A program made the position numbers and the translations under genes. This document shows, piece after piece, positions 56,451-64,000 of a stretch of 64,000 nt of DNA. The DNA lies in IMG/VR virus record IMGVR_UViG_3300047678_000239, positions 33,159-97,158 of that record; one strand, written 5' to 3'. The notes beneath the pieces were generated by a model that did not search any database, was not told the origin of the DNA, and worked only from the letters and a program-made list of their open reading frames with translations. Origin of the DNA: a virus. Positions within the stretch are counted from its first letter, which is position 1, and each line of letters opens with the position of its first letter.

Positions 56451-57304
56451 ACCTTCAATTTATACATGCCAGTTCCTTCAGCACGTTGAATAAACGAATC
56501 AACACCAAAGCGAGAAATGATGGAATAAATCTTGGTTTGAACCGTATCTGGTTGAACACCCAAATCAGAAGCAGTCTTTTTACAAGCATCTTTCATGCTA
56601 AATGGAATTCCCGGTTTGAAATACTTTGAAAACACCTTCTTACATAAATTATGCATTTCGGCAGAAATGTTATCATAACTACGAGCTTTTGTTTCTTGAA
56701 CACCATTTGTTGTCAGTTCATCAAATTGCTTCTGAGCCTTGTCTAAGATTTCAGCAACAGAGCGAAGATATTTAGATGTAGGATTGCTCAAGGTGAGTTG
56801 AGAAATCACGATATTGGATTTGGTTGTATTTTTCATTTGATTATTGGTTAAATTGTTTAAAATAGAAAGAGGTAAAATCTCAGTGACGTTAAAATTGTTA
56901 GAAAGGATAAAAAGATTGTTTTTACGAATATCAATTTCTTCTTGTTTGGTTAAATTGTATTCTAATAATTCTTTTCTAAAAAACTTATCATTGTTTTTGC
57001 GACCAACATTACAAACATAATGAGTCTGCCTAACATTATTTCCAACATAACCTCCGCCACATTTGATTTGGTCTGCAGAAGTACCGTATGGATGGCGGGG
57101 AACATGATGTTCGTCTTCACTCTTTAACACACCAATAAAAAACGCAATGGTTTTTCCACAAACAGCACAGCGAGAATCCTCTTCCAAAATACATTTTCGG
57201 ATAGATTTCTCAAACGCCTTTTCCTCTGTTTTATAATTTTTATTCGCTTGGCGCCCACTCAATTTTGCTCGAGCGACCATTCGACAAATAAGATTACGAT
57301 TCAT
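56447..57304 (-). CDS. HNH endonuclease-like protein
   Basis: CAVCGK...EHHVP...GGG..GNNVRQTHYVCN. Confidence 0.65.
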   Translation of the reverse strand: MNRNLICRMVARAKLSGRQANKNYKTEEKAFEKSIRKCILEEDSRCAVCGKTIAFFIGVLKSEDEHHVPRHPYGTSADQIKCGGGYVGNNVRQTHYVCNVGRKNNDKFFRKELLEYNLTKQEEIDIRKNNLFILSNNFNVTEILPLSILNNLTNNQMKNTTKSNIVISQLTLSNPTSKYLRSVAEILDKAQKQFDELTTNGVQETKARSYDNISAEMHNLCKKVFSKYFKPGIPFSMKDACKKTASDLGVQPDTVQTKIYSIISRFGVDSFIQRAEGTGMYKLKV

Positions 57305-57444
57305 ATAATATGAATACTATGATATATTTTATCAAAACGTCAACATATAATAAGTCCATTAACCAAAACGGTTAACAAATCAACTTTTAAACCAAAGCGG
57401 TTAAATTAGTTAAACTACTCTTGTTCAAAACATTGTCTAATCCA

Positions 57445-57478
57445 TTGACAAATGAGTTATATTGTTTAAATTGAAGAT
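57445..57478 (+). promoter_or_regulatory. sigma70-like promoter, leaderless arrangement
   Basis: TTGACA-N16-TAAATT-N6-ATG. Confidence 0.6.
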
Positions 57479-57787
57479 ATGAAAACAAAGACATTGGAAG
57501 AACGCTCGGGCAAAGAGGTTTATGACCAAGTTATGAAATATCTCAAAGACCAAGAGGCCAAAGCTCTGGCGGATAAAAAGGCCATTCCTCATCCTTTGAA
57601 TTTCATGTTATCAACCCACGAAGAACAACAAGCGGAAATGCACGCCGTTGAATTGCACAATAGTCGTTGTGAGGCAACTGCCGGCGTTTACAATGATGTG
57701 GCGTATGTGATGCACAACAGTTACATTGAAGCGCCACAGAAGGCTCAAGATGTGATTGATTTAAATCGCTTTGGTTCCGGTATATAA
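57479..57787 (+). CDS. hypothetical protein
   Basis: 102-aa ORF after the promoter. Confidence 0.65.
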   Translation: MKTKTLEERSGKEVYDQVMKYLKDQEAKALADKKAIPHPLNFMLSTHEEQQAEMHAVELHNSRCEATAGVYNDVAYVMHNSYIEAPQKAQDVIDLNRFGSGI

Positions 57788-57839
57788 TAAGAAAACAGGT
57801 GTTGACAAGCGACCCGTTATACTATCTAATTGTTTTACT

Positions 57840-58292
57840 ATGAACGTTGTAAATTGCACCACACGCCTGCCTTCCGTGGCTGGCCCTTATCAAGTTATTG
57901 TCAAGATTGCCGGAACCGCTTATTCTCATAAAGGAATTGCCTCTGGTGTATCATGGAATGGAACCAGTTGGGATGGAGCTGGCACAGATTCAGTGGTTGC
58001 TTGGGTTGACCCGGTCGCCGAAGTGGTCGTGGCACCAAAAGTGGTTGAACAAGCGCCGAGTGAAGACCCAATGAACGCCGCGGTCATCCTCACCGGTTCC
58101 GTCAAGGAACAACGCATCGGCGTCATCAAGCTCGTCCGTGAAATCACGGGTCTAAGCTTGGGTGATTCCAAGACTTTCGTGGACTCTCCGCCAAAAACCA
58201 TCAAGGATGGATTGTCCATTCCAGAAGCCGCCGAGTTGGCCGCTAAGGTTGTTGCGGCCGGGGGCCAAGTGAAGATTGAAGCTATCAAGTGA
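57840..58292 (+). CDS. ribosomal protein bL12 C-terminal domain fused to an unrelated N-terminal domain
   Basis: RIGVIKLVREITGLSLGDSKTFVDSPPKTIKDGLSIPEAAELAAKVVAAGGQVKIE. Confidence 0.85.
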   Translation: MNVVNCTTRLPSVAGPYQVIVKIAGTAYSHKGIASGVSWNGTSWDGAGTDSVVAWVDPVAEVVVAPKVVEQAPSEDPMNAAVILTGSVKEQRIGVIKLVREITGLSLGDSKTFVDSPPKTIKDGLSIPEAAELAAKVVAAGGQVKIEAIK

Positions 58293-58645
58293 TGAACGAA
58301 GATATCCAGAGAATCCTCATTGCAAAGATTTGTGGGCGTAAAACCTACGATGAACTTTCTTTTATGAGGAAACTCTGGCTACACTTTTGCACTCACAACG
58401 AAAGCCCAAATCCAGAAATGGATATGTTGCCGGACTATCTAAATGATTTAAACGCCATTGTTCCTCAGGTGAGAAAACTGAATGAAGAAAAGAGAATCAA
58501 GGTATTGACTTATTTGGATGCAATACACGCTCCTTATGGAGTTGTATCCAGTCTTGATACAATGGCAACCGCTACCAGCACTCCTGCTCAATGGTCAGAA
58601 GCATTTATCAGGGCACATGGATTGTGGGAAGAAACTATAGAATGA
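58292..58645 (+). CDS. hypothetical phage protein
   Basis: LPDYLNDLNA...AQWSEAFIRAHGLW. Confidence 0.65.
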   Translation: MNEDIQRILIAKICGRKTYDELSFMRKLWLHFCTHNESPNPEMDMLPDYLNDLNAIVPQVRKLNEEKRIKVLTYLDAIHAPYGVVSSLDTMATATSTPAQWSEAFIRAHGLWEETIE

Positions 58646-58824
58646 CACCCTTACCTACATTTCCATGCTGGATTCATCATCGTGAAACCAAGACAGTTAT
58701 GCGTCATTGGAGGTTTTACCGTAGGTCTGAGGATGTGAATTGGGAATCTGCCACTCACTGGGAACTTCATACGGAAGGACTGAGTTGGGATGAAGGAATT
58801 CCCAAGGTCAATCCTGAACTATAA
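58642..58824 (+). CDS. small Trp-rich hypothetical protein
   Basis: ATGA overlap; LPTFPCW...ATHW. Confidence 0.55.
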   Translation: MTPLPTFPCWIHHRETKTVMRHWRFYRRSEDVNWESATHWELHTEGLSWDEGIPKVNPEL

Positions 58825-58829
58825 GATAT

Positions 58830-59024
58830 ATGCGAATATTCAGACCTAAATTAAAGAGGCTCAGATTCAAAATGAATCGAAAGAAGGCAATTGAGAGATT
58901 GACCAATGCTGGATATTCAATTTCTCTGATTGCTGGAAAGACTGATTATGAACTAAGATGTATGATAAGACGATTTGGGCCAGCACCCATACCAGCCGCT
59001 AGGCCCCTTTCTTATCGAAGATAA
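58830..59024 (+). CDS. small basic hypothetical protein
   Basis: 64-aa ORF in the operon. Confidence 0.5.
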   Translation: MRIFRPKLKRLRFKMNRKKAIERLTNAGYSISLIAGKTDYELRCMIRRFGPAPIPAARPLSYRR

Positions 59025-59031
59025 TAGAGTT

Positions 59032-59244
59032 ATGCCCATTAAAAAGACATTTGTAAAAAACCGTTGGAATCGACATATGATTTCTATTGGGAAAGACAGT
59101 CTTCAAAAGAGAAATGAGCAGAGAGAACGAGAAAATCTACTTGATTCTATATGCACAACCGAAGAGAATATACATTTTGCTGTTTATGGGGAACATTCTA
59201 TAGAATTTTCTAAGTCAATTAGAGCGGTTTCATCTCTAATATAA
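59032..59244 (+). CDS. hypothetical protein
   Basis: ATG 7 nt after the upstream stop. Confidence 0.4.
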   Translation: MPIKKTFVKNRWNRHMISIGKDSLQKRNEQRERENLLDSICTTEENIHFAVYGEHSIEFSKSIRAVSSLI

Positions 59245-59889
59245 TTTAAGAGGTATTCGTTTTTCCCAGTCGTTCGGAATTCCATCCGGAACTTCTATTT
59301 TCATTTCGTATATTTTCTTTACGACTGACTCTCTTGCCACTCTTTCCTTCTCCGAAAATTCGTCCCTTGACCATTTTGCTGTGCTTTTTCTATCTCTTTC
59401 CATAGAGTAATATTTTAGAGAAGGAACTTTCATTTCTTCTAGAAAAAGTTTTAAGGTTAGATTTTCAAATTTTCTGACATTCTTAACTTCGGTGGAGAGC
59501 TCTTTGGAAATTTCTTCTGTGTTTTCTGCAAATGAAACAAAGTCTTTATATTTCTGCATCATGTTTTCATCTAAAACACCAACCATAGGGTTTAGTTTTT
59601 CCGGATATTTTACAAGAATCTTCGCACGACCCACCAAGTTTCCTATTTCTGTTTTTACATGATTTGCAGAATAATAACCTTTTCCCCCAAAAGCCTCTCG
59701 TATCATGTCCATAAAATTGATGTGCTTGGCCAATCCCCTAAACAACGTTTTATCTGAAAAATGTATATGGGTATATGGTCGTGTTTCTTGAGTTTCCACA
59801 TTCAAGAGAACTCTATTTTTTGAATCAAATATCCAACCATTTTGAGGAAAAATTGTATTATTCATGGTTCTGAGCATATCCAAATACAC
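59236..59889 (-). CDS. hypothetical protein
   Basis: 217-aa ORF. Confidence 0.65.
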   Translation of the reverse strand: MYLDMLRTMNNTIFPQNGWIFDSKNRVLLNVETQETRPYTHIHFSDKTLFRGLAKHINFMDMIREAFGGKGYYSANHVKTEIGNLVGRAKILVKYPEKLNPMVGVLDENMMQKYKDFVSFAENTEEISKELSTEVKNVRKFENLTLKLFLEEMKVPSLKYYSMERDRKSTAKWSRDEFSEKERVARESVVKKIYEMKIEVPDGIPNDWEKRIPLKLY

Positions 59890-59912
59890 TAAAAAGTCAA
59901 TGTTATATACAC

Positions 59913-59949
59913 AAAAGCTCGGATGAAAATCCGGGCTTTTTTATTTTTT
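59913..59949 (+). terminator. intrinsic terminator, possibly bidirectional
   Basis: AAAAGCTCGGAT-GAAA-ATCCGGGCTTTT then TTATTTTTT. Confidence 0.75.
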
Positions 59950-60344
59950 AGATTTGAAGGTCGAAGAGTCGAAAATCTGGACAGGCAAAAGTGAATTTTT
60001 GGGATATAAGGGAAAGCCGATGTGCTTTCGTATATATAAAAAACTGGATAAAAATTCCAGGGCAAACACTAAAACAGGTGTCCACGACCCCCATAGGGCC
60101 TGGGGTCCCCCACTCAGAAGATGCCACCTAAACCCGGCCTAAACTGCCCCCTAACGAGGGGTCCAGATGCCCGTTTAAATGACGGTCCCACACCCCACGG
60201 CAGGGGGTGGCGTTCACCGCTTATACGGCCACAGTCCAGCAGCCCTTCGGCCATCATACCATGCCAACACACACAGACAAGCTGCGGCAATGGAATAGGA
60301 GATTGTGATTGACCAACCAATCCCTTTGTATAATAGTTCTTCGC

Positions 60345-60617
60345 TCACCATACATAAGTCTCCCAGAACCACTCCTTGTAACCGAAGTGCTTGCGACCAT
60401 AAGCATCAGCCTTCTTGCAGAAGCGCTTGACCTCGTTGGAATACTTCTTCAGCATCTTCTTTTGTTCATCGTATGACCATGAAGGTGTAGCGCGGTCAAT
60501 GTCATACGAATGGTCGGAGCGCCAGTTCAGTTCAATACGAACGGTGGCCTTCAGCGTGACGAAGCGATGGGTGAGAGCCTTGTGCTCCTTGAGGAGATTC
60601 TTTAATGTCTTGTCCAT
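60345..60617 (-). CDS. hypothetical early protein
   Basis: MDKTLKNLLKEH...; ATG 1 nt after the upstream stop. Confidence 0.6.
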   Translation of the reverse strand: MDKTLKNLLKEHKALTHRFVTLKATVRIELNWRSDHSYDIDRATPSWSYDEQKKMLKKYSNEVKRFCKKADAYGRKHFGYKEWFWETYVW

Positions 60618-60618
60618 G

Positions 60619-61062
60619 TTATGTAAAGTAGATTGCCGAAGGAGTGGGAGGAACGTCGCGGAAGCCGAGGTCAACTGTGGGGTATTGGTCGCGGAACTTC
60701 TCAATGAGACGATAGAAGTTCAGATGTAAGGGAGAGCGAAGGACGGGGCCGAAACAATACATGGTGTTCACATCGCCAGGCTTGGGCGTATAGGGCTGAT
60801 AATAAAGGTCATTGTCCCATTGACCATTTTGTAAATAGCCTTCGATACGCGGGATAAGAAGGTCAAGAGCCCATACCCCATTATAGAAAGTCTCCACATG
60901 CATCTTACCGTCAACGAAGACGACGAGTTGGAACTGCTTATTATGTTTCTCTGCGATGAACACCTTCGACTCATTGAAGCCGATGCAGTGATTCTTCAGA
61001 TACGCGATGACGTTCTTACGACTCGGTAAGCTCTTGGAATTCTGCTTGGGGAGGAGATTCAT
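60619..61062 (-). CDS. hypothetical early protein
   Basis: 147 aa directly after a promoter. Confidence 0.65.
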   Translation of the reverse strand: MNLLPKQNSKSLPSRKNVIAYLKNHCIGFNESKVFIAEKHNKQFQLVVFVDGKMHVETFYNGVWALDLLIPRIEGYLQNGQWDNDLYYQPYTPKPGDVNTMYCFGPVLRSPLHLNFYRLIEKFRDQYPTVDLGFRDVPPTPSAIYFT

Positions 61063-61097
61063 ATTGAAAGAATGGATTGACTAATTATAAATGTCAA
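61063..61097 (-). promoter_or_regulatory. early promoter TTGACA-TTTATAA type, leaderless
   Basis: TTGACA-N17-CATTCT-N6-ATG. Confidence 0.65.
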
Positions 61098-61104
61098 CTC
61101 ATTA

Positions 61105-61389
61105 TTAGCGTCCATAAACAGACTTTGTGAGGAAGGACATGGTTTGGTCAACATCGTTACGGAGGTCGGCGAGGACGTTGCACGTGTAGCGTTCGAGTGT
61201 ATCCTTGGACAGACCGAGCATAAAGTTCTTTATGTTGTTCTCGTTACGGTCAAGGTCATAAGACTCATTGAGGATACCGTGAATGCATTCGGCCTTGGAG
61301 GATTCATAAGAATCATACTCCAGCTCCATTTCCCAAAGGAGATGTTCTTTGAGGGCGCGGGGAAGTTGACTGAAGCAAATGTCGCTCAT
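61105..61389 (-). CDS. hypothetical early protein
   Basis: 94-aa ORF. Confidence 0.6.
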   Translation of the reverse strand: MSDICFSQLPRALKEHLLWEMELEYDSYESSKAECIHGILNESYDLDRNENNIKNFMLGLSKDTLERYTCNVLADLRNDVDQTMSFLTKSVYGR

Positions 61390-61395
61390 GTTATT

Positions 61396-61629
61396 TTAAA
61401 GCTTCGCCCACTTCTTGATGTAAATGGAGTTTCCGCCGGTGGTGCCGTCATCGTGACAGATAACATGGCCGGTGCAAGTCAGCCAATAGACGGTAGCGAC
61501 ATTATCGCCGAAAGGCGTCTTGTGCATAACGGTGTAATAGACTTTGCCTTCGAAGTCTCGTAGAGCGATAACCGTGCCTCGGGTGATAAAGGCGGAGACG
61601 GTCAGTAAAGGATGGCTGAATAGTTTCAT
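61396..61629 (-). CDS. hypothetical early protein
   Basis: 77-aa ORF. Confidence 0.6.
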   Translation of the reverse strand: MKLFSHPLLTVSAFITRGTVIALRDFEGKVYYTVMHKTPFGDNVATVYWLTCTGHVICHDDGTTGGNSIYIKKWAKL

Positions 61630-61632
61630 GTT

Positions 61633-61938
61633 TTAATAGGTTGAGCCACGCTGAGAGTCGAAATCTTCGTCACGCGTCAGCAACCGTGAACGGTTGGGGA
61701 TATTATAAACCTTGGCCCATTGAGTGTCGGCCAAGCGAAGGGTGCGGTCGAACGATTCAAAATCATCCTCTACCTTGAGGAAATGAAGAGCCGCCTTGTC
61801 GAGGACAGTGGCGAGGCTCCAAGCCCGATAGGACTTGAGACAGATGAAGAAGCGTTTCCACGACGCGACAGCCGCAATGTCATCACAGTGGAGTTTGCGA
61901 GTGTCGGAACCAAACCAAGCGGGGGAAGTTGCGTTCAT
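61633..61938 (-). CDS. hypothetical early protein
   Basis: 101-aa ORF. Confidence 0.55.
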   Translation of the reverse strand: MNATSPAWFGSDTRKLHCDDIAAVASWKRFFICLKSYRAWSLATVLDKAALHFLKVEDDFESFDRTLRLADTQWAKVYNIPNRSRLLTRDEDFDSQRGSTY

Positions 61939-62169
61939 AAAATTAGTCTCCGTGATGATATTACCACTGTCTTCCGGCAGTCCTTCCGACTTGGCGGTGA
62001 CAACTTAATTATAAATGTCAAGAGTATCGTGTGCCAATCATTACCCAAGTGAACCACAAAGGATGCTTGTCATCTGCGGGATTGTTCTTAGGATGGTCAT
62101 AGTAACCCAAGGGATTGTTGAGAAATCGTTGATAGAATCACGGAGAACGTAAATGGTTCGTTTAGCCAT

Positions 62170-62203
62170 GACCCTACAATGGAGGATATATTATAAAAGT
62201 CAA
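62170..62203 (-). promoter_or_regulatory. early promoter TTGACT-TTTATAA type, leaderless
   Basis: TTGACT-N16-CATTGT-N6-ATG. Confidence 0.65.
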
Positions 62204-62206
62204 GCC

Positions 62207-62374
62207 TTACTCTTCGCTCTGTAAGTCCTTGATATAGAACTCCATATCTTGACACCAATGAGTCAAGTGCTTCTTGACCTTACGGCTCACTTTCTTCTTG
62301 GCTTTGAGGCCCTTTCTTATAATCTCAACGACCTCCGCCAAATGCTCCTCAGGAACGTGTAGTGCTTTGGTCAT
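62207..62374 (-). CDS. small basic hypothetical protein (55 aa)
   Basis: Manual translation MTKALHVPEEHLAEVVEIIRKGLKAKKK... Confidence 0.6.
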   Translation of the reverse strand: MTKALHVPEEHLAEVVEIIRKGLKAKKKVSRKVKKHLTHWCQDMEFYIKDLQSEE

Positions 62375-62942
62375 TTATCGTTTGAAGTAAAGGACAACGG
62401 CAATGGTGACAACAAGAAGCACAATCCCACCAACGACCCAGCAAGTGACAATCCAAACAGAGGAGTCGTGAGCGTCAGCGGAATGGTCAACAACGCCATT
62501 GGCGTCTGTAGTATAAGTCTTGACGACATTGTTGGATGGTTCCACCGTTTGAGGAGCGGCGCCGGTTGCAGGAAGTTGATTATTTATAACCGTGGGGTCG
62601 GTTGGGAAGGACGAGTCACTTGCCAAAACATCCACCAATGCAACAGCGACGGAGACGAATCACGATAAATGACGGTTGGCTGACGAGGAGCGCTGTTGTA
62701 AATATTGGTGACGGAAGGCTTCGGCTTGGGCTTACTTGGAGTATTGTAAACCTTGGGAGGAGTGACCGGAGTATAAACCTTCGGGGTGAAAGGACGGCTT
62801 GGAGCCGGGCGAGGAGTGATACGAACCGGAACGTGAATGTGGGGAATTACACGAATCGGGGTGTGATGTGATGTGGTGTAACGTGGACTGCACCAAACGA
62901 AGTGGTCAACAGTGCCAAAAACAGCAGAATATACTTCTTCAT
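62375..62942 (-). pseudogene. Pro-rich exported, membrane-anchored protein with two apparent frameshifts
   Basis: Signal peptide MKKYILLFLALLTTSFGA; adding one C at the G4 runs near 62860 and 62595 restores a ~190-aa ORF ending in a TM helix + KR. Confidence 0.6.
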
Positions 62943-62943
62943 G

Positions 62944-63210
62944 TTAGAACTTGGTGTAATCCTCAAAATAGAGGAATGAGTTGCGGGTCAGGGCGCGGTC
63001 AGCGCTCTGGATTCCAGCCGCGTATATCGCGTCGTCGAGTTGGTTGAAAATGTGACGGGGTGAAGCGCCAGGGCTGCCGCCGACACATTGACAAAGACCA
63101 CGTAGAGCTTCGGCGTCTTTCTTGGTGAGGTCAAGCGTAATGCGAATGACCGGAGCGTTTTTGGGAGTGAGGCCAGTGGCCTTGACTTTGGAGGGTGAGG
63201 CGGATTTCAT
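62944..63210 (-). CDS. hypothetical early protein
   Basis: 88-aa ORF. Confidence 0.6.
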   Translation of the reverse strand: MKSASPSKVKATGLTPKNAPVIRITLDLTKKDAEALRGLCQCVGGSPGASPRHIFNQLDDAIYAAGIQSADRALTRNSFLYFEDYTKF

Positions 63211-63332
63211 ATTTTAAAGGTGAATTAGAGTGTAGATGGCGAGAGCGTGGACGAGATACTGATTCAGGTCTTTCTTGTCGAAGTTGGTGACGCCGGTGCC
63301 ACCACATGTCCAGTGATAATGATTGAGAGTTT

Positions 63333-63569
63333 TCATAGAGTTTCAGGGTAAGTGTAAAGATTGCCGTCACGATGTTCGTAGAGATAGACGGTGTATTTTC
63401 CGCCCATCGTCATGTCGTAATACTGTTCTGCGGTCACAGGCATTTCCTTGACACGCGGAGAAAGACCTTCATCTTCAAATCGCATGACGACAGTGAACTT
63501 AGTGCTGAACCAACCCTCTCGACGATTTTTGTCGATAACGGTAGCGGAGAATCCAAAACGGCGTGACAT
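63333..63569 (-). CDS. hypothetical early protein (OB-like beta pattern)
   Basis: ATVIDK...VTAEQYYDM..G..YTVY. Confidence 0.55.
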   Translation of the reverse strand: MSRRFGFSATVIDKNRREGWFSTKFTVVMRFEDEGLSPRVKEMPVTAEQYYDMTMGGKYTVYLYEHRDGNLYTYPETL

Positions 63570-63570
63570 G

Positions 63571-63792
63571 TTAAGCGGTGGCCGTCTCATGGACGGGCAT
63601 GGGAGAAGGACGCTGATTGAAGGTGGAGACGTTGGAGAACCACATTTCCCAATGGATGATACGAATGACCGTGAACGACTGCTTGTTCTTGCCCGTGCCC
63701 ATGTTCAGCTTGGAATAAGCGACGAGGAACAGCCACAGAAAGTAACAGCGGTAGGACTTCTCGAGGGTGAACGAAGCGTTGACAGATTTCAT
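63571..63792 (-). CDS. hypothetical early protein
   Basis: 73 aa directly after a promoter. Confidence 0.5.
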   Translation of the reverse strand: MKSVNASFTLEKSYRCYFLWLFLVAYSKLNMGTGKNKQSFTVIRIIHWEMWFSNVSTFNQRPSPMPVHETATA

Positions 63793-63826
63793 GGTCTTAG
63801 AGTGACAGTATTTTTATAAATGTCAA
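63793..63826 (-). promoter_or_regulatory. early promoter TTGACA-TTTATAA type, leaderless
   Basis: TTGACA-N16-CACTCT-N6-ATG. Confidence 0.65.
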
Positions 63827-63886
63827 GCCTTCACATCAAAGATACGACGAGTTCCCCAAGTGACAGGTCAATAGGTGGAATAGTGC

Positions 63887-64000
63887 TCATCGGCCATATC
63901 CCAGAGCGTAGTAAATGACGTAGAACCAACCAAACATGGCGTGAAGGATACACCACAGGATTGACTTGTTCACAGACCACGAAATGACAGCGGCAACAAT
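63887..64000 (-). CDS. small membrane protein, 5'-truncated by the window edge
   Basis: ...AAVISWSVNKSILWCILHAMFGWFYVIYYALGYGR*. Confidence 0.6.
   Translation of the reverse strand: MVAAVISWSVNKSILWCILHAMFGWFYVIYYALGYGR

Noticed and set aside
59954-60320. Three short ORFs in the boundary region
   Set aside because: They overlap each other, lack start signals and have composition driven by GC-rich inverted repeats.
1-64000. CRISPR array
   Set aside because: No constant repeat with unique spacers; all tandem repeats are coding.

Overview
This window is a 64-kb segment of a large AT-rich myovirus-type (jumbo) phage genome, and almost all genes are on the minus strand. Left to right it holds: (1) a three-domain nucleotidyltransferase/ligase protein; (2) a 2199-aa Ser/Thr-rich coiled-coil tail fibre with an Mtd_N-like start, a DUF1983-like block, a Pro-Thr linker and an Ig-like tip; (3) fused SbcD-SbcC, primase and RuvC-like genes; (4) a baseplate module (gp6/J-, gp25- and gp5-like proteins, an FG-GAP/dockerin-like protein) and a gp55-like late sigma factor; (5) peptide deformylase and a broken CCA-adding enzyme fused to NUMOD3 repeats, next to a structured intergenic RNA candidate; (6) UDP-galactopyranose mutase, a GT4-like and a GT60-like (polypeptide GlcNAc) transferase, directly downstream of three Pro-Thr-linker virion-type proteins; (7) PhoH, an HNH nuclease and a ribosomal bL12 C-terminal-domain fusion; and (8) a GC-richer region of small early-type genes beyond a hairpin-rich boundary at about 60.1-60.3 kb. 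Two promoter classes are visible: an ATATTTAT(A) motif before late genes, and sigma70-like TTGACA promoters that appear to give leaderless mRNAs. The best candidate for an undescribed system is phage-encoded mucin-type O-glycosylation of its own Pro-Thr and Ser-x-Ser-rich virion proteins. The next best is a head-packaged RNA-repair-type polyprotein with protease-like L-x-E sites at its domain junctions. Several homopolymer frameshifts may be sequencing errors. All family assignments come from recognising motifs by eye; no database search was run.
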